Positions 12,804 to 26,227 are shown, counted from the stretch's first letter. The stretch: 53,747 bases of DNA from Candidatus Velthaea sp. (GCA_050012475.1 JBEKHC010000024.1:1-53747), one strand, 5' to 3'. Made by a program: numbers and translations. The notes: generated from the letters alone by a model not told the origin.

Positions 12804-15002
12804 CTAGTTGGAACGGGTGAAGATCACCGTCGCCAACGGCGGGAGATGAACGGTGATCGAGTACGGCTTACCGTGCGCCGTGACTTCCTCCGCTTGCAGC
12901 GGCGGATTCGTCACCCCGCTGCCGCCGTAGGCGCGGTCGTCCGTGTTGAGTGCTTCCGAGTACGTTCCCAGCGCGGACACGCCGATCCGGTAGCCCGGGC
13001 GTGGAACTGGGGTGAAGTTCATCACGGCGATGGCCAAATCGTTGTCGCCCGGACGTGACCGGCGCCCGAAAGCGAGCACGGACGCATCGTGATCCGAGTT
13101 GATCCACTCGAAGCCGGCCGGCTCGTTGTCGAGTTCGTGCAGCGCGGGCAACGCCCGATACACGGCGTTGCAATCACGAATGAGCGTTTGAATGCCGCGG
13201 TGCTGCGGATCCTCGAGCTGGTGCCAATCCAAACTGCGGTCGTGATTCCACTCCCGGCCTTGGGCGAACTCGCCGCCCATGAACAACAGCTTCTTTCCCG
13301 GAGTAGCATACTGGTAGCCGTAGTACAGGCGCAAATTGGCGAACTGCTGCCAGGCGTCGCCGGGCATGCGCGAGAGCAGCGAACCCTTGCCGTGCACGAC
13401 TTCGTCGTGCGAGAGCGGGAGCACGAAATTCTCGCTGAATTGGTACACGAACGTGAAGGTCAGCTCGTCTTGATGGTAGCGCCGGTGGATCGGATCCTCG
13501 TGCATGTATTCCAGCGAGTCGTGCATCCAGCCCATGTTCCATTTGTAGCCGAAGCCCAGGCCGCCGAATTCCACCGGTGAGGAGACGCCCGCGAACGCCG
13601 TCGATTCCTCGGCGACGGTCATGACCCCGGGAACCTCGCCGTACACGTCGGTGTTGACATGCTGGAGCAAGGCGATCGCCTCGAGATTCTCCCGCCCACC
13701 GAAGCGGTTGGGAATCCACTGCCCGTCTTTGCGGCTGTAGTCGAGGTACAGCATCGAGGCGACGGCGTCGACGCGCAAACCGTCGATGTGGTAGACCTCG
13801 AGCCAGAACAAGGCGTTGGCGAGCAAGAAATTCGCGACTTCGTTGCGTCCGAAGTTGAAGATCAGGGTGTTCCAATCCGGCTGGAAGCCTTGCCGCGGAT
13901 CGGCATGTTCGTACAGCGCGGTCCCGTCGAAGTGCCCCAAACCGTGGGAATCGGTCGGAAAATGTCCCGGCACCCAGTCGATGATCACGCCGATCCCGGC
14001 ATCATGCGCCCGCTCGACGAATTCCGCGAACTCCGCCGGCGTCCCGAAGCGGCTCGTCGGCGCGAACAACCCGACCGGCTGGTATCCCCACGAACCATCG
14101 AAGGGGTGTTCAGACACCGGCATGAGCTCGATGTGCGTATAGCCCAAATCCACGACGTAGGGGATGAGCTTGTCGGCGAGTTCGCCGTACGTGAGATAGC
14201 GGTTGCCTTCCGCCCGCTGCCACGAGCCCAGGTGCACTTCATACACCGCAATCGGCGCATCGCGTCGACTTGCGGCTTGGCGCACGGCCAGCCATTCCTC
14301 ATCGTTCCAGGTCGGCTTGCCCGGCAGCGCGACGATCGAGGCCGTCGCCGGCGGCCGTTCGGAAGCGAATGCAAACGGGTCGGCCCTGAGCGGCAGCAAT
14401 TCGCCGTGCGGGCCGATCAGCTCGTACTTGTAGCGGCTGCCCAGCGGAACGTCCGGAATGAAGATCTCCAGCACGCCGCTGGTCCGCCGGCGCATCGGAT
14501 GGCGGCGGCCATCCCAAGCATTGAAGTCCCCGACGACGGACACCCGCTGCGCGTTCGGGGCCCAGACCACGAACGTTACGCCGGCGACGCCGTCGATCGT
14601 GACCGGATGCGCGCCGAAGCGCTGATACAGCTGGCGGTTATTCCCCTCGCCGAACAGATACAGGTCGAGATCGCTGAGGATCGGCCCGAAGCGATAGGGA
14701 TCCTCGATATCCGAGACGTTGGTGCCGAGCGTGACCCGCAGCCGATAACGGAACATCGTATGGCGCCCGGGCAGCGAGCCGGCGAACAAGCCCTCGTTTG
14801 CGATCATCGGCAAGTCGGCAACCACGCTGCCGTCGGCGACGTCGACCACCTGCGCGCGCGAGGCCTGCGGCAGCAGCGCGCGCACGACGACCTCGCCGTA
14901 TACGATGTGCATACCCAAAATGGCGAACGGATCGCCGTGGCGCGCGTTGACGAGCGCGCTGATCGTTTCGTCAGGAAGTTGCGACGGCATGGTCATCGAC
15001 AT
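12804..15002 (-). CDS. glgB: 1,4-alpha-glucan branching enzyme (copy 2)
   Basis: [36 protein letters not shown] and SHDEVVHGK motifs. Start may be 15002, 14996 or 14990. Confidence 0.97.
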   Translation of the reverse strand: MSMTMPSQLPDETISALVNARHGDPFAILGMHIVYGEVVVRALLPQASRAQVVDVADGSVVADLPMIANEGLFAGSLPGRHTMFRYRLRVTLGTNVSDIEDPYRFGPILSDLDLYLFGEGNNRQLYQRFGAHPVTIDGVAGVTFVVWAPNAQRVSVVGDFNAWDGRRHPMRRRTSGVLEIFIPDVPLGSRYKYELIGPHGELLPLRADPFAFASERPPATASIVALPGKPTWNDEEWLAVRQAASRRDAPIAVYEVHLGSWQRAEGNRYLTYGELADKLIPYVVDLGYTHIELMPVSEHPFDGSWGYQPVGLFAPTSRFGTPAEFAEFVERAHDAGIGVIIDWVPGHFPTDSHGLGHFDGTALYEHADPRQGFQPDWNTLIFNFGRNEVANFLLANALFWLEVYHIDGLRVDAVASMLYLDYSRKDGQWIPNRFGGRENLEAIALLQHVNTDVYGEVPGVMTVAEESTAFAGVSSPVEFGGLGFGYKWNMGWMHDSLEYMHEDPIHRRYHQDELTFTFVYQFSENFVLPLSHDEVVHGKGSLLSRMPGDAWQQFANLRLYYGYQYATPGKKLLFMGGEFAQGREWNHDRSLDWHQLEDPQHRGIQTLIRDCNAVYRALPALHELDNEPAGFEWINSDHDASVLAFGRRSRPGDNDLAIAVMNFTPVPRPGYRIGVSALGTYSEALNTDDRAYGGSGVTNPPLQAEEVTAHGKPYSITVHLPPLATVIFTRSN

Positions 15003-18000
15003 TTAAAATTGCACGGATCCCTTCAAGCGGAATGCGCAGCCACGAAGGCCGGTTCGCCAACTCGTACGACATTTCATAGAATGCTTTCTCCAAAACGAAA
15101 AGATCGAGCAGGCGTTGGGCCTGATCCGGATCGCCGGGGTACGACGCGCAGCCGCCGATCGCGGTACGGTACCCTTCGAGATACGCGGCGGAACTGCGGC
15201 GCTCCCAGTCCCGCGCCAGCGGTTCGAGCGCACTGGTATCTTCACCGCGATCCGCCGAGAGCCCGCGGACGCCGGCTACCGCCGCATAGTTGATCGATCG
15301 CAGCATCCCGGCCACGTCGCGCAGCGGCGACGATTTGCGCCGCCGGACCGCCGGCTCGCGCCCCGGCTCGCCCTCGAAATCGACGATCATGTAATCGTCG
15401 GCGACCACCAGCACCTGGCCCAGGTGGAAATCACCGTGGTAGCGCGTCTTCATGACCACCGCATCGCCCAACGGCGGGACGGCCATGCGCGCGAGGATTG
15501 CCTCGCGGCGCGCCAGCAGCGCGTCCGTCTCGCCGCGCAGCGCGGCCGGAACGCGCTCGCGTTCGCGCTCCAGCGTGGCCAAAGCCGCCTCCGCCGTGAT
15601 GCGCGCCTGCGCGACCCAGGCTTGGAGATCGGCGGCCGTCGTCGGCTCCGGATCGAAGGCCGGGTCGCCCGTCGGCATCGCGAACGCCTGGTGCAGCTCC
15701 GCCGTGCGCTGGCCCATGGTGCGCGCCCGCTGCAGAAAAATCAAATGCGCATCGGCGAGCGGCTGGTCGGCGTACATGTTCTTGCGGAGATCGAAGAATC
15801 GTTCGAGATAGGCCAGCGTCGCGTTCCAGCCGTCGCCCTGACTTTCGACGAAGCGCTGGACGATCGCCAGCGCGACGGGCTCCGCATCCGGCCGTTCGTA
15901 CTCGAGGTAGCCCAACAGCGCCGGTGTGTTCAGGTAACCGACTTTATCCAAAAAGCGCGCCGTTTCGAGCTCCGGCTGCGGCCCGGCGTAAACGCGGCGA
16001 TAGGCTTTGAGCATCGCCGCTTCCCCGAGCACGACCGACGTGTTGCTCTGTTCGACGTTCAGCCGGCGCACGGCCGGCGTCGCGGGGAGTTCGAGTGCCG
16101 CCAGCGCGGCCGTTGCGTGGGCCACGAATTCACCGCCCCGGGTCGAGCGCCGCCGCCGCTGGGTGCGGATGTCGTCGAGCAGTGCCTGCGCGCATGCGTC
16201 GGTGGCCATACCGTCGTAGAGAAAGCCGTCGCGCGCGCCGCGGCGCACGCGAGCTAAGGTCGACCGCGCCAGGGCGTTGCGCTCGCCGTCCGGCGTGTTG
16301 GCAATCGCGAGCGGCAAATAATACATCCGCTGCGAGCCCTCGAGTTCAACGATGGCGCTGTACGCTTGCGTGGTATCGACGCCTAAGGCCACCGCGTCGA
16401 CCAGGCGAACCTTCTTGAGCGCCGCGTCTTTATCAGCGAACCAACGCTGATTGGGCAGGAAAGCCGGCAGAATCTCGTTCTCCAGCAGCGCCACCGCGGT
16501 GCCGACCAGCTGTTGATGCGTTCGTTCGCGGGGCAAAACCAAGGTCACGAGTTCCGGCAGCTGGTCGGGCATCGACGTCTCCCACGCGGGTGCGTGCGCG
16601 GTATCCGAAAGCAGGAACCAAAAGAACCCGTGACCCGGGAGGGTGATCACGTAGCGGTCGTCCCCGATGGTCGCGAACGGGCTCCAGCCGATCATTTCGA
16701 CCGGAACCCGGCCGCTGTACGCGGATAGATCGACCGCCGCCTGTTGCGGCACGCGCGATAGGTTGGCCACGCACAGCACGATCTGGTCTTCGTATTCGCG
16801 CACGTAGGCGATGACTTTGCGGTTCGCCGGCATGACGAACTTGAGCGTCCCGCGCCCGAAGACGCGGTAGCCTTGCCGCACCCGGATCAGCTTGCGCAGC
16901 CAATTGATGAGCGATGAGGGGCTGGCGCTCTGCGCCTCGACGTTGATGCTCTGGAACCCGTACACGGGATCCATGATCGGCGCGAGATACAACCGGGCCG
17001 GATTCGCGCGCGAGAACCCGCCGTTGCGGTCGACCGACCACTGCATCGGCGTCCGGACGCCATCGCGATCGTTGAGATAGATGTTGTCGCCCATCCCGAT
17101 CTCGTCGCCGTAATAGAGAATCGGCGTGCCCGGCATCGACATGAGCAGGCCGGTCAAAAGTTCGATCCGGCGGCGGTCGTTTTCCATCAGCGGCGCGAGC
17201 CGGCGCCGAATGCCGATGTTGATGCGGGCGCGCGGCTCGCTGGCATACACCCGATACATGTAGTCGCGCTCGGCGTCGGTCACCATCTCGAGCGTCATCT
17301 CGTCGTGGTTGCGCAGAAAAATCGCCCACTGACAATTGGCGGGAATGTCCGGCGTTTGGCGCATGATGTCGATGATCGGATAGCGGTCTTCTTCGGCGAT
17401 CGCCATGAACATGCGCGGCATGAGCGGGAAGTGAAACGCCATGTGGCACTCGTCGCCGTCGCCGAAATAGGCCCGCACGTCTTCGGGCCACTGGTTCGCC
17501 TCGGCGAGGAAGATGCGGTTGGGGTATTCGCTTTCGAGCACGGCGCGCATCTTCTTGAGCACCGCGTGCGTTTCGGGCAGGTTCTCGCAGTTCGTTCCGT
17601 CCCGCTCGACCAGATACGGGACAGCGTCCAGGCGCAAGCCGTCGACGCCGGAATCGAGCCACGACCGCATGACGTCGAGCACGGCTTCGACCACGCGCGG
17701 GTTATCGTAGTTGAGATCGGGCTGGTGCGAAAAGAAGCGGTGCCAGTAGTACTGCGCGGCGACCGAGTCCCAGGTCCAGTTCGAGCTCTCGGTGTCGGTG
17801 AAGATGATGCGCGCGTCCGCGTACCGCGTGTCGGTATCGCTCCAGACGTAGAAATTGCGATAGGTCGAACCGCGCTTGGCGGCACGCGCCCGGGCAAACC
17901 AAGGATGCTGATCGGAGGTGTGGTTGACGACCAGCTCGATGATGACGCGAATGCCGATGTCGTGCGCGCGGCGCACGAAATCGCGAAAGTCGCGCAGCGT

Positions 18001-18240
18001 TCCGTAGGCCGGATTCACCCCGCGGTAGTCGGCGATGTCGTAGCCGTCGTCGCGCAGCGGCGACGGATAGAAGGGGAGCAGCCAAATGCACGTCGCGCCC
18101 AGATTCTTGATGTAGTCGAGCTTTAGCGCGAGCCCCTTGAAGTCGCCGATGCCGTCGTCGTTGGCGTCGAAGAACGATTTGACGTGGACTTGGTAAATGA
18201 CGGCGTCCTTGAACCAGAGCGCGTCGTCCGCAAGTGCCAT
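14971..18240 (-). CDS. treS: Trehalose synthase TreS fused to maltokinase (Mak/Pep2)
   Basis: [32 protein letters not shown] and FLRNHDE in the TreS part. [22 protein letters not shown] and RDVAGMLRS in the kinase part. Start at MALADD (18240). Confidence 0.96.
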   Translation of the reverse strand: MALADDALWFKDAVIYQVHVKSFFDANDDGIGDFKGLALKLDYIKNLGATCIWLLPFYPSPLRDDGYDIADYRGVNPAYGTLRDFRDFVRRAHDIGIRVIIELVVNHTSDQHPWFARARAAKRGSTYRNFYVWSDTDTRYADARIIFTDTESSNWTWDSVAAQYYWHRFFSHQPDLNYDNPRVVEAVLDVMRSWLDSGVDGLRLDAVPYLVERDGTNCENLPETHAVLKKMRAVLESEYPNRIFLAEANQWPEDVRAYFGDGDECHMAFHFPLMPRMFMAIAEEDRYPIIDIMRQTPDIPANCQWAIFLRNHDEMTLEMVTDAERDYMYRVYASEPRARINIGIRRRLAPLMENDRRRIELLTGLLMSMPGTPILYYGDEIGMGDNIYLNDRDGVRTPMQWSVDRNGGFSRANPARLYLAPIMDPVYGFQSINVEAQSASPSSLINWLRKLIRVRQGYRVFGRGTLKFVMPANRKVIAYVREYEDQIVLCVANLSRVPQQAAVDLSAYSGRVPVEMIGWSPFATIGDDRYVITLPGHGFFWFLLSDTAHAPAWETSMPDQLPELVTLVLPRERTHQQLVGTAVALLENEILPAFLPNQRWFADKDAALKKVRLVDAVALGVDTTQAYSAIVELEGSQRMYYLPLAIANTPDGERNALARSTLARVRRGARDGFLYDGMATDACAQALLDDIRTQRRRRSTRGGEFVAHATAALAALELPATPAVRRLNVEQSNTSVVLGEAAMLKAYRRVYAGPQPELETARFLDKVGYLNTPALLGYLEYERPDAEPVALAIVQRFVESQGDGWNATLAYLERFFDLRKNMYADQPLADAHLIFLQRARTMGQRTAELHQAFAMPTGDPAFDPEPTTAADLQAWVAQARITAEAALATLERERERVPAALRGETDALLARREAILARMAVPPLGDAVVMKTRYHGDFHLGQVLVVADDYMIVDFEGEPGREPAVRRRKSSPLRDVAGMLRSINYAAVAGVRGLSADRGEDTSALEPLARDWERRSSAAYLEGYRTAIGGCASYPGDPDQAQRLLDLFVLEKAFYEMSYELANRPSWLRIPLEGIRAILNVDDHAVATS

Positions 18241-18244
18241 CGCG

Positions 18245-21200
18245 TCAGTCGCTCGGCGAACGGTAGTCGACGTGCAGCCGGCTGTCGAACTTGAAGATCG
18301 CCGCCGGATTGTCTTGCGGATCCAGGCGCAGGGTCTGCACGGCGCCGTGCCACACGCGGTGCTCGCCCGAAAGCAGTTCTTGACACGCGACGTCGTCGCC
18401 CTCGGCATAGCCGAACTCTGCCATCGGCACCCGCACGGTCGATTCGATCGTGCGGTACGGATCGAGGTTCACCGCGACGAGCAGCGTGTTCCCCGCTGCG
18501 CTTTTCGAGTAGAACAGCAGATCGTCGTCCGCCACGCGGTGAAAGCGCACGTTGCGCCAGGTGTGCAACGCGGGGTTCTCACGCCGGATCGCGTTGATCC
18601 GGGTGATGTCGGCTTTGATGTTGCCCGGCGCGTCCCAATCGCGCACGCGAATCTCGTACTTCTCGGAGTCGGCGTATTCTTCACGGCCCGGCAACGCAGC
18701 GTTTTCGCACAACTCGAAGCCGCTGTAGATGCCGTACACGCTCGAAAGCGTGGCCGCCAAGATCAAGCGGATGCGGAATGCCGGCCGGCCGCCGGTCTGC
18801 AGGAACGGCGGCAGAATGTCGGGCGTGTTGGTGAAAAAATTAGGCCGGTAGTATTCGGCCATCTCGGAGTATGCGAGCTCGTTGCAATAGTCGGTCAGCT
18901 CGGTCTTGAAATTGCGCCAGGTAAAATAGGTGTAGGATTGGGTGAAGCCGAGCTTGGCGAGTTCCTTCATCACTTTGGGCCGGGTGAACGCTTCGGCCAA
19001 GAACAGAACCTCGGGATGCCGCGACTGCACGTCGCCGATCATCCATTCCCAAAAGGCGAACGGCTTGGTGTGCGGGTTGTCGACCCGAAAGATCCGTACG
19101 CCGCGCGCGATCCAAAATTCGACGACGTCGCGCAACTCGTCCCACAGCGCGAGCGCATGCGGCCCGAACCAATTGAAGTTGACGATGTCCTGGTATTTCT
19201 TGGGCGGGTTCTCGGCGTACTGAATCGAGCCGTCGGGCCGAAAGACGAACCATTCGGGATGCTCGCGGACGTAGGGATGATCGGGCGAGCACTGCAGCGC
19301 GTAGTCGAGCGCGATCTCGATGCCCTGCGCGTTCGCGCCGGCAACGAAGCGCTCGAAATCGTCGAGCGTGCCCAAAGCGGGCTCGACCGCCAGGTGGCCG
19401 CCGTTCGCGTTGCCGATCGCCCACGGGCTGCCCGGGTCGTCGGGGCCGGGGTCGAGGCTGTTGTTGCGCCCCTTGCGAAAGGCGTGGCCGATCGGATGGA
19501 TCGGCGGAAGATACAAAACGTCGAAGCCCATCGCGCGAATGTCGGGCAGCCGATGCGCTGCCTGCGCGAACGTCGAGGCCACACCCGGCACCATCCCCTG
19601 CGAACGCGGAAAGAATTCGTACCACGCGCCGAACTGCGCCGCCCGCCGGTCGGCGATCACCTCGAGGTCGCGCACGTAGGTCGTGGCCAGCGAACGATCG
19701 GGCACCGCCCGCATGACGTCGCGCAGCGCGTCGCCGAGCATCACGTCCGCTTGCGCGCCGGCGTCCGGCAGCTCATCGAGTTCCGCGACGATCGCAGCGA
19801 GGCGGATGCGCGCCGCCCGGCCGGCGCGCGCGTACGCCGCATCGATCAGCACGCGGCCCTCTCGCAGCTCTAGTTCGATGACTTGTCCGGCAGCGTGTTT
19901 GCGTTGCGTGGCATGACGCCACGTCGCGAACGCATCGGGCCAGGCTTCGATCGTGTATTGGTAGCGCGTGTTGCGCTCGAGCGTGAACGCGCCGCGCCAG
20001 CGGTCGTTGTCGAATAGTTCCATCGGCGTTTCGCGCCACGCCAATGCGCCGCGTTCGCGGTATTTGAGCACCGCAGCGATCGCGTCGTGACCTTCGCGAA
20101 AGATATCGGCCTGCACCTCGAACCGGTCGCCCACGATCCGTTTGACCGGATGCCGGCCGCCGTCGATCTGCGGCCACACCGCTTCGATCACGGCCGGCCG
20201 TGCCGAGGCGCGCAGGTCGGGCGACGACTCCGCGCGCTGCGCGACCTCGTCGGCGGCGGCGCCATTGCGGCCGGCACCAGTAAATCCATTGGTGAAGACG
20301 CGCATCTCGAGCGGACGCAAGACGATCTGCGCGCCCGGCGCGACCGTCGCCCGCGGCGCAGCTTGCGGGGTGATGTCGACTGCTTCGCACAGTTCGCTCA
20401 ACACGTCGAGCGCATCGACCGTGGCATCGCCAACGGTCCCCGGATTGATCAACGCCACCGCCGAACTGTTGCCGGCTTCGGCGTTGCGCAACAACCCGAT
20501 CGCGTCACCGCGCGTCCCCAACACCCGTTCGGACCCTTCTTCGTTGAGCGCGGGCACCGAGGCTTTCATCGCATTGACCTCGGTAATGAACGACGTGATG
20601 TCAAAGCGCGGTGTCTGCCAGTGATCGGGGCGGGTCATCACCACGTCGAGCGGCCGATCGAAGCCGTATTCGTAGCCCATCGGCATCATCACGCCGCTGG
20701 AAAAAAACGCCGCGAACAAATAGCGAAACCGGTATTCGGCCTCGATTTGGGCATCCGTCCGGCCGGCCAATTCCGCCGCCAGCCGGGGGGTGTCGTGGCT
20801 TTCGGGGAACGCGATCGACGGCGCGATGTGCCGAAACCGCTCGTACTGATCGAGCAGCCAGCCGGCCTGAAAATCCCACCATTTCGAGCTGTTGAAAAGA
20901 TAGCTGAAACCGGCGGGCTGCAGCCGCGTGACGTCTTCGAACGGCGCGCCGAGCGTTTCGGCGGCGAACAGCGCGTCGGGCCGAATCTCGCGCGCCGCCG
21001 CGATATACGCGGCCCACACGTCGCTGGGCACTTTGTAGGCCGCATCGCAGCGAAAGCCGGCGATTCCCAGGCGCGTGTAATGGCGCACCACCTCGCTGAA
21101 ATACGCGACCATCTCCGCTCGCTGGGGACGTTCGCGATAATCGAGTTCGGCCAGATCCGTCCAGACCGTGACGTCCGAGGGATTGGCGGGGTCGTTCGCC

Positions 21201-21571
21201 GACGGCGATTCGATCGAACCGTCTTCGGCACGCCGGTACCAGCCGGGATGCTCGCGGGTGAGATCGGCATCGCGGGCGGTGTGGTTGACGACGAGATCCA
21301 TCATCACGCTGATGCCGGCTGCACCCGCCGCAGCGGTGAAACCGGCGATGAGTTCATCGTCGCTCGCCGTCGCGGTTCCGCGAAAGAGCGGATTGAGCCG
21401 GTAGTAGTTCTTCACCGCGTACAGACTGCCCGAATAGCCCGTCTCATGCAGCGGGTTGAGGTACATCCAATCGAAATTCATCGCCGCGATGCGCTCGACG
21501 TGCGTCTCCCAACGCGCGATCGGGCCGACGAGTGATGGAAAGAGATTGTAGATCCGCGGTCCGGTGCTCAT
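18245..21571 (-). CDS. glgE: Maltosyltransferase GlgE with an additional N-terminal GH13 catalytic domain
   Basis: C-terminal ~680 aa has [46 protein letters not shown] and NTPDI. N-terminal ~425 aa has [13 protein letters not shown] and ESHDT. Confidence 0.95.
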   Translation of the reverse strand: MSTGPRIYNLFPSLVGPIARWETHVERIAAMNFDWMYLNPLHETGYSGSLYAVKNYYRLNPLFRGTATASDDELIAGFTAAAGAAGISVMMDLVVNHTARDADLTREHPGWYRRAEDGSIESPSANDPANPSDVTVWTDLAELDYRERPQRAEMVAYFSEVVRHYTRLGIAGFRCDAAYKVPSDVWAAYIAAAREIRPDALFAAETLGAPFEDVTRLQPAGFSYLFNSSKWWDFQAGWLLDQYERFRHIAPSIAFPESHDTPRLAAELAGRTDAQIEAEYRFRYLFAAFFSSGVMMPMGYEYGFDRPLDVVMTRPDHWQTPRFDITSFITEVNAMKASVPALNEEGSERVLGTRGDAIGLLRNAEAGNSSAVALINPGTVGDATVDALDVLSELCEAVDITPQAAPRATVAPGAQIVLRPLEMRVFTNGFTGAGRNGAAADEVAQRAESSPDLRASARPAVIEAVWPQIDGGRHPVKRIVGDRFEVQADIFREGHDAIAAVLKYRERGALAWRETPMELFDNDRWRGAFTLERNTRYQYTIEAWPDAFATWRHATQRKHAAGQVIELELREGRVLIDAAYARAGRAARIRLAAIVAELDELPDAGAQADVMLGDALRDVMRAVPDRSLATTYVRDLEVIADRRAAQFGAWYEFFPRSQGMVPGVASTFAQAAHRLPDIRAMGFDVLYLPPIHPIGHAFRKGRNNSLDPGPDDPGSPWAIGNANGGHLAVEPALGTLDDFERFVAGANAQGIEIALDYALQCSPDHPYVREHPEWFVFRPDGSIQYAENPPKKYQDIVNFNWFGPHALALWDELRDVVEFWIARGVRIFRVDNPHTKPFAFWEWMIGDVQSRHPEVLFLAEAFTRPKVMKELAKLGFTQSYTYFTWRNFKTELTDYCNELAYSEMAEYYRPNFFTNTPDILPPFLQTGGRPAFRIRLILAATLSSVYGIYSGFELCENAALPGREEYADSEKYEIRVRDWDAPGNIKADITRINAIRRENPALHTWRNVRFHRVADDDLLFYSKSAAGNTLLVAVNLDPYRTIESTVRVPMAEFGYAEGDDVACQELLSGEHRVWHGAVQTLRLDPQDNPAAIFKFDSRLHVDYRSPSD

Positions 21572-21715
21572 CTCATTCTCCCGTTACCCGCTTTTCTGGC
21601 AGCGACTGCGGCCAAAATCCAGGCCCTGCGCCGGCAAGGCCTTGCAGCGCGGGCGAATCCGCTGCCCCAAGCAGATTCGCCCAGGTTGTGCGCCGGGCAC
21701 CGCCCGGCGCACGCT

Positions 21716-24463
21716 TTACCGCAGCGCGACTTGGCGCAGGACGTATTGCAAGATCCCGCCGTGCCGGTAGTAATCGGCTTCGTCCGGCGTATCGATCCGC
21801 AGCAGCGCGGCGAACGTGCGCGTCGAGCCGTTGCTCTCTTTGGCCCGAACCTCGAGGAGCATGCGCGGCTGCACGTTCCCCGCGATCCCGGCAATCGTAA
21901 ACGTTTCTTCGCCGCTGAGGCCAAGGGTCGTCCGGCTCTGACCGTCGGCGTATTGCAGCGGCAAGATGCCCATTCCGATGAGGTTCGAGCGATGGATGCG
22001 CTCGAACGATTCCGCGATCACCGCGCGCACGCCCAGCAGCATCGGCCCCTTCGCCGCCCAGTCGCGCGAAGAGCCCGATCCGTATTCTTTTCCGGCCAGC
22101 ACGATGAGCGGCGTCCCCGCTTCGCGATAGCGTTCCGAAGCATCGAAGATCGACATCCGCTCGCCCGTCGGCAAATACCGGGTCACGCCGCCTTCGACGC
22201 CGGGAACGAGCAGATTGCGCAGCCGCACGTTGGCGAACGTGCCGCGCACCATGACCTCATGGTTGCCGCGGCGGGCCCCATAGCTATTGAAATCAACCGG
22301 ATCGACGCCTTTGGCGATCAGATAGAGTGCCGCCGGCGACGAGCGGGCGATGTTGCCCGCCGGCGAGATGTGGTCGGTCGTCACCGAATCGCCGAGCACC
22401 GCCAACGCCCGCGCGTCGCGGATGTCGGCGACCGGCGCCGGCTCCGCGGGCATGTTGTCGAAATACGGCGCGCGCTTCACGTATTCGCTCTTGGGATCCC
22501 AGGCATAGCGCTCGCCGGTCGGGACCGGCATGGCTTGCCAGCGTTCGTCCCCGCTGAAAACATCGGCATAACGGGACGTAAACATCTGCTCGTTGATCGA
22601 CGCGTTCATCACCGCTTCGATCTCGGCGTTGCTGGGCCAGATGTCGCGCAGAAAAACGTCCTCGCCGGCCGCGCCGCGGCCGAGCGGCTCGCTGGTCAAA
22701 TCGATGTCCATGCGACCCGCGAGCGCATACGCGACGACCAACGGCGGCGACGCCAGGTAGTTCGCGCGCACCTGCGGATGGATGCGGCCCTCGAAATTGC
22801 GGTTCCCCGACAGCACCGCGGCGACGATCATGTCGTGCTCGGCGACCGCTTGGGCGACGTCGTGCGCGAGCGGTCCGCTATTACCGATGCACGTGGTACA
22901 GCCGTAGCCCACCAAGTTGAAGCCCAACCGGTCGAGATACGGGGCCAAACCCGACTTGGCCAAATAATCGGTGACGACTTTCGAGCCGGGCGCGAGCGAG
23001 GTTTTCACCCACGGCGCGGAGCGCAGACCTTTCTCGACGGCTTTCTTGGCTAACAATCCCGCGCCGATGAGCACGGCGGGATTGGACGTGTTCGTGCAGC
23101 TGGTGATGGCCGCGATCACGACCGCGCCGTCGCTGACTTCGGTCGTCGGCCGCGCCGCGACCGCGGTCCCGCCGCCGCCTTCGCCCTCGAACCGGTCGAC
23201 CGCCACGCCGGCGGCATTCGCGCGCGCACTTTGCCAATCGGCGAGCGCCGCGCTGAAGGTTTCTTTGACGCGGGTCAGCGGCACGCGGTCCTGCGGCCGG
23301 CTGGGTCCGGCCAAATTCGGTTCGACGTCGGCCAGATCGAGTTCGAGCCGGTCGCTGAAGCGCGGCTCGGGGGAGTCGTCGGTGCGGAACATCCCGTTGG
23401 CCCGGGCGTAGGCTTCGACGAGCGCGATGTGCTCGGGGCTGCGTCCGGTAAGGCGCAGATAGTCCAGCGTCTGAGCGTCGATCGGGAAGATCGCGATCGT
23501 CGAACCGTATTCGGGGGCCATGTTGCCGATCGTCGTGCGGTCGGCGACGGTGAGATTCGACAGTCCGGCACCGTAAAACTCGACGAACTTGCCGACCACG
23601 CCTTTCTTGCGCAACATCTGCGTCACGTGCAGCACGAGGTCGGTGGCGGTTCGGCCTTCTTTGAGTTTGCCGCTGACTTTGAAGCCGATCACGTCGGGGA
23701 TGAGCATGGTGACGGGTTGACCGAGCATCGCTGCTTCGGCCTCGATCCCGCCGACGCCCCAGGCGACGACACCCAAACCGTTGGCCATGGTGGTATGCGA
23801 ATCGGTTCCCACCACCGTGTCCGGATACGCGACGGGGGTCACGCCTGCGCCTGCCGTCTCGCCAGCGCCGCCGGCCCCGAAGACCACTCGCGCAAGATAT
23901 TCGATGTTGACTTGATGGACGATCCCGGTGTCAGGCGGAACGGCGCGGAAATTCGCCAGCGCTTCCTGGCCCCATTTCAGAAATGCGTAGCGCTCGCCGT
24001 TGCGCTCGAACTCGAGCCGCGCGTTTTCCTCGAACGCACCGTCCGACGCGAACGCGTCGACCTGCACCGAATGGTCGATGACCAGTTCGACGGGCTGCAG
24101 CGGATTGATCCGCTTGGGATCGCCCCCCATCCCGGCGACCGCATCGCGCATCGCGGCCAAGTCGACCACGCAGGGCACCCCAGTAAAATCTTGCAGCAGC
24201 ACGCGCGCGGGACGATACGCGATCTCGCTGGACGCGGTCGAGCCCGGCTGCCACCCGGCCACGGCTTCGATGTCGCTCTTGCTCACCGAGCGTCCGTCTT
24301 CGAATCGGACCAAATTCTCGAGTAAGATTTTGAGCGAATACGGCAGGGTGTCCACGTCGAAGCCCGCCCGCGCGACCGCGGCGAGGCGATAATACGTGTA
24401 CGTGCGGTCGCCGACGCGCAGGCTGTCGCGCGCGCCGAAACTGTCCGGATGTGCGTTCGTCAT
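21716..24463 (-). CDS. acnA: Aconitate hydratase A
   Basis: [47 protein letters not shown] and [10 protein letters not shown] motifs. Confidence 0.98.
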   Translation of the reverse strand: MTNAHPDSFGARDSLRVGDRTYTYYRLAAVARAGFDVDTLPYSLKILLENLVRFEDGRSVSKSDIEAVAGWQPGSTASSEIAYRPARVLLQDFTGVPCVVDLAAMRDAVAGMGGDPKRINPLQPVELVIDHSVQVDAFASDGAFEENARLEFERNGERYAFLKWGQEALANFRAVPPDTGIVHQVNIEYLARVVFGAGGAGETAGAGVTPVAYPDTVVGTDSHTTMANGLGVVAWGVGGIEAEAAMLGQPVTMLIPDVIGFKVSGKLKEGRTATDLVLHVTQMLRKKGVVGKFVEFYGAGLSNLTVADRTTIGNMAPEYGSTIAIFPIDAQTLDYLRLTGRSPEHIALVEAYARANGMFRTDDSPEPRFSDRLELDLADVEPNLAGPSRPQDRVPLTRVKETFSAALADWQSARANAAGVAVDRFEGEGGGGTAVAARPTTEVSDGAVVIAAITSCTNTSNPAVLIGAGLLAKKAVEKGLRSAPWVKTSLAPGSKVVTDYLAKSGLAPYLDRLGFNLVGYGCTTCIGNSGPLAHDVAQAVAEHDMIVAAVLSGNRNFEGRIHPQVRANYLASPPLVVAYALAGRMDIDLTSEPLGRGAAGEDVFLRDIWPSNAEIEAVMNASINEQMFTSRYADVFSGDERWQAMPVPTGERYAWDPKSEYVKRAPYFDNMPAEPAPVADIRDARALAVLGDSVTTDHISPAGNIARSSPAALYLIAKGVDPVDFNSYGARRGNHEVMVRGTFANVRLRNLLVPGVEGGVTRYLPTGERMSIFDASERYREAGTPLIVLAGKEYGSGSSRDWAAKGPMLLGVRAVIAESFERIHRSNLIGMGILPLQYADGQSRTTLGLSGEETFTIAGIAGNVQPRMLLEVRAKESNGSTRTFAALLRIDTPDEADYYRHGGILQYVLRQVALR

Positions 24464-24558
24464 AGCCTCGACGGCTTCGCCGGTCGAGTTCGTACCTACT
24501 CTGCCGGCGCGAATGTCGGTTTGCCGCCAGCCTTCGACCTTTATCGCATCGCGCCGGG

Positions 24559-24595
24559 CAAAACAATGGCCGGCCGGCGCACGCGCCGACCGGCC
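24559..24595 (-). terminator. Intrinsic terminator after the LEA-like gene
   Basis: On the minus strand GGCCGGTCGGCG-CGTG-CGCCGGCCGGCC is followed by ATTGTTTTG, 12 nt after the stop at 24608. Confidence 0.65.
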
Positions 24596-24607
24596 GGGGA
24601 ACCAGTT

Positions 24608-25000
24608 TTAGATCTCTTTGCGCGCCTCGACCTTGGCATGATCGATACCGGCTTGAACGCTGTTCTTCGCTTCATTCGCGGCCGAAGCAACTTTCTCACC
24701 CGGCGTCATCGTGTCGCCGGCCACGTCGCGGCGCGTGCGCTCGGCTTCGGCCGTGCTCTTGTGGGTTGCTTCGCTCACCGAATCTTTAACCGCGCCCACG
24801 GCGTTTTTTATGCTGTCTTTGATGCTCATAGAATTCGTATCCCTGGTTCCTTCCAAAACGCTTTTGATATCATCTTTGATGCTCGAAGAAGCGTTATCTC
24901 GGGTGCCGCCGAGGACGTCTTTAAACTCTTCTTTGACGCTGGTCGAAGAATCGTGTCCGGTACCCGCGAGAACGCTTTTGATGTCATCTTTGATGCTCAT
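24608..25000 (-). CDS. LEA/hydrophilin-like small protein with N-terminal 19-aa repeats
   Basis: 130 aa rich in S/K/D/E/A, with no Trp, Cys or Tyr. Amphipathic repeats SIKDDIKSVL. Confidence 0.75.
   Translation of the reverse strand: MSIKDDIKSVLAGTGHDSSTSVKEEFKDVLGGTRDNASSSIKDDIKSVLEGTRDTNSMSIKDSIKNAVGAVKDSVSEATHKSTAEAERTRRDVAGDTMTPGEKVASAANEAKNSVQAGIDHAKVEARKEI
24797..24997 (-). repeat. 3.5 tandem 57-nt repeats in the LEA-like gene
   Basis: SIKDDIKSVLAGTGHDSST / SVKEEFKDVLGGTRDNASS / SIKDDIKSVLEGTRDTNSM / SIKDSIKNAV. Near-identical DNA recurs 114 nt apart. Confidence 0.85.
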
Positions 25001-25030
25001 GCAGCAGCGTATGCCCGGTCGACTCGAAGG

Positions 25031-26227
25031 CTAATCATCGACCAACTCTTCATTTTTGCGTACGAACGTCGTGCGCGGATTGCCGCTCAAATACCCTTCG
25101 ACCCGAACGACTCGTTCGCCGATCAATAGCTCCCACAACGGCTCGACGACCAAGCTGCGCCGCCACGGCGTCAAGTTGAGCACGGCATCGATTTCGGCAG
25201 CCGACACCGGTGTTTCGCGAGCGATACGTTCGAGCGCGCTGCGCGTCAAGAGCAGCGTCGTGGGAAGATCGTTTTCCGCCGCGATCGCGTTCATCAAGAC
25301 CGCCATCGTTGCCACGAGCGCTTCGCGCTGCGCGCCCAACGGCCGCGGCGCGCGCTGCGGAAGTTCGCTTTCCGGAATCGCTTCGCCGCGTGCGACCGCT
25401 TCGATGATGCGCGCACCGTAGTGCCGTTTGATCCCGTTGTCGAGCCGCCGCAGCTGGCCCAGATCCTCGATCGTGCGCGGCCGCAGTGACACCAGTCCGG
25501 CGAGCACGTCGTCGGGCATAACGAATTTGAGCGGGATGTTGCGCTCGCGCGCGAGCCCGTCGCGCAACGCCGCCAGCTCGTTGAGAATGCCCAATTCACG
25601 CCGCGACATGCGCCCGTTCCCCGAAACGCGCAGATACAGCCGGCGCGCGTCGGGCCGGTATGCGCGCAGATCGACGAGCGAGCGCATCTCTTCGCGCGCC
25701 CACGCCGCGCGGCCGCGTTCGGCGAGCAGTGCCTCGAGCCGGTCGGCGAGCGGGAAAAGGTAGCGCACGTCATCCACGAGATAGTCGATCTGCTTCACGC
25801 TGAGCGGACGCGCGCTCCAGTCGCTCACCGTTTGCGATTTACGCAGCGTCACTCCAGCCAGTTCGCGCACCAGATCGAGCAGCGAAATCGTCAACCCGTA
25901 ACCGCAGAACGCGGCAGCGACTTGCGTATCGAACGCCGACTGCGGCAGGATGGTGTAATCTTCGGCGAGGATGCGCAAGTCCGAGGACAACGCGTGCCCG
26001 ACGACTTCGGTCGTCGCCAGCGCTTCGGCCAGCGGGCGCAGATCGGTCAGCGCCAACGGATCGACGATCGCGACACCATCATCGAACGCGAGTTGAACGA
26101 CCATCAATTGCGCGGTGTACGATCGTTCGTTATGGAATTCGGTATCGATGCCGATCCGGCGCGCCGCGCGCACGCGCTCGAGCAGTTCGGTCAACGCTGA
26201 GGGGTTGTCAACGACGCTGACGGTCAT
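25031..26227 (-). CDS. rnd: Ribonuclease D (3'-5' exonuclease plus HRDC)
   Basis: GIDTEF, FDTQVAA, SDWSARPLS and YLVDDV exonuclease motifs, followed by an HRDC-like region (RDGLARERNIP). Confidence 0.9.
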   Translation of the reverse strand: MTVSVVDNPSALTELLERVRAARRIGIDTEFHNERSYTAQLMVVQLAFDDGVAIVDPLALTDLRPLAEALATTEVVGHALSSDLRILAEDYTILPQSAFDTQVAAAFCGYGLTISLLDLVRELAGVTLRKSQTVSDWSARPLSVKQIDYLVDDVRYLFPLADRLEALLAERGRAAWAREEMRSLVDLRAYRPDARRLYLRVSGNGRMSRRELGILNELAALRDGLARERNIPLKFVMPDDVLAGLVSLRPRTIEDLGQLRRLDNGIKRHYGARIIEAVARGEAIPESELPQRAPRPLGAQREALVATMAVLMNAIAAENDLPTTLLLTRSALERIARETPVSAAEIDAVLNLTPWRRSLVVEPLWELLIGERVVRVEGYLSGNPRTTFVRKNEELVDD

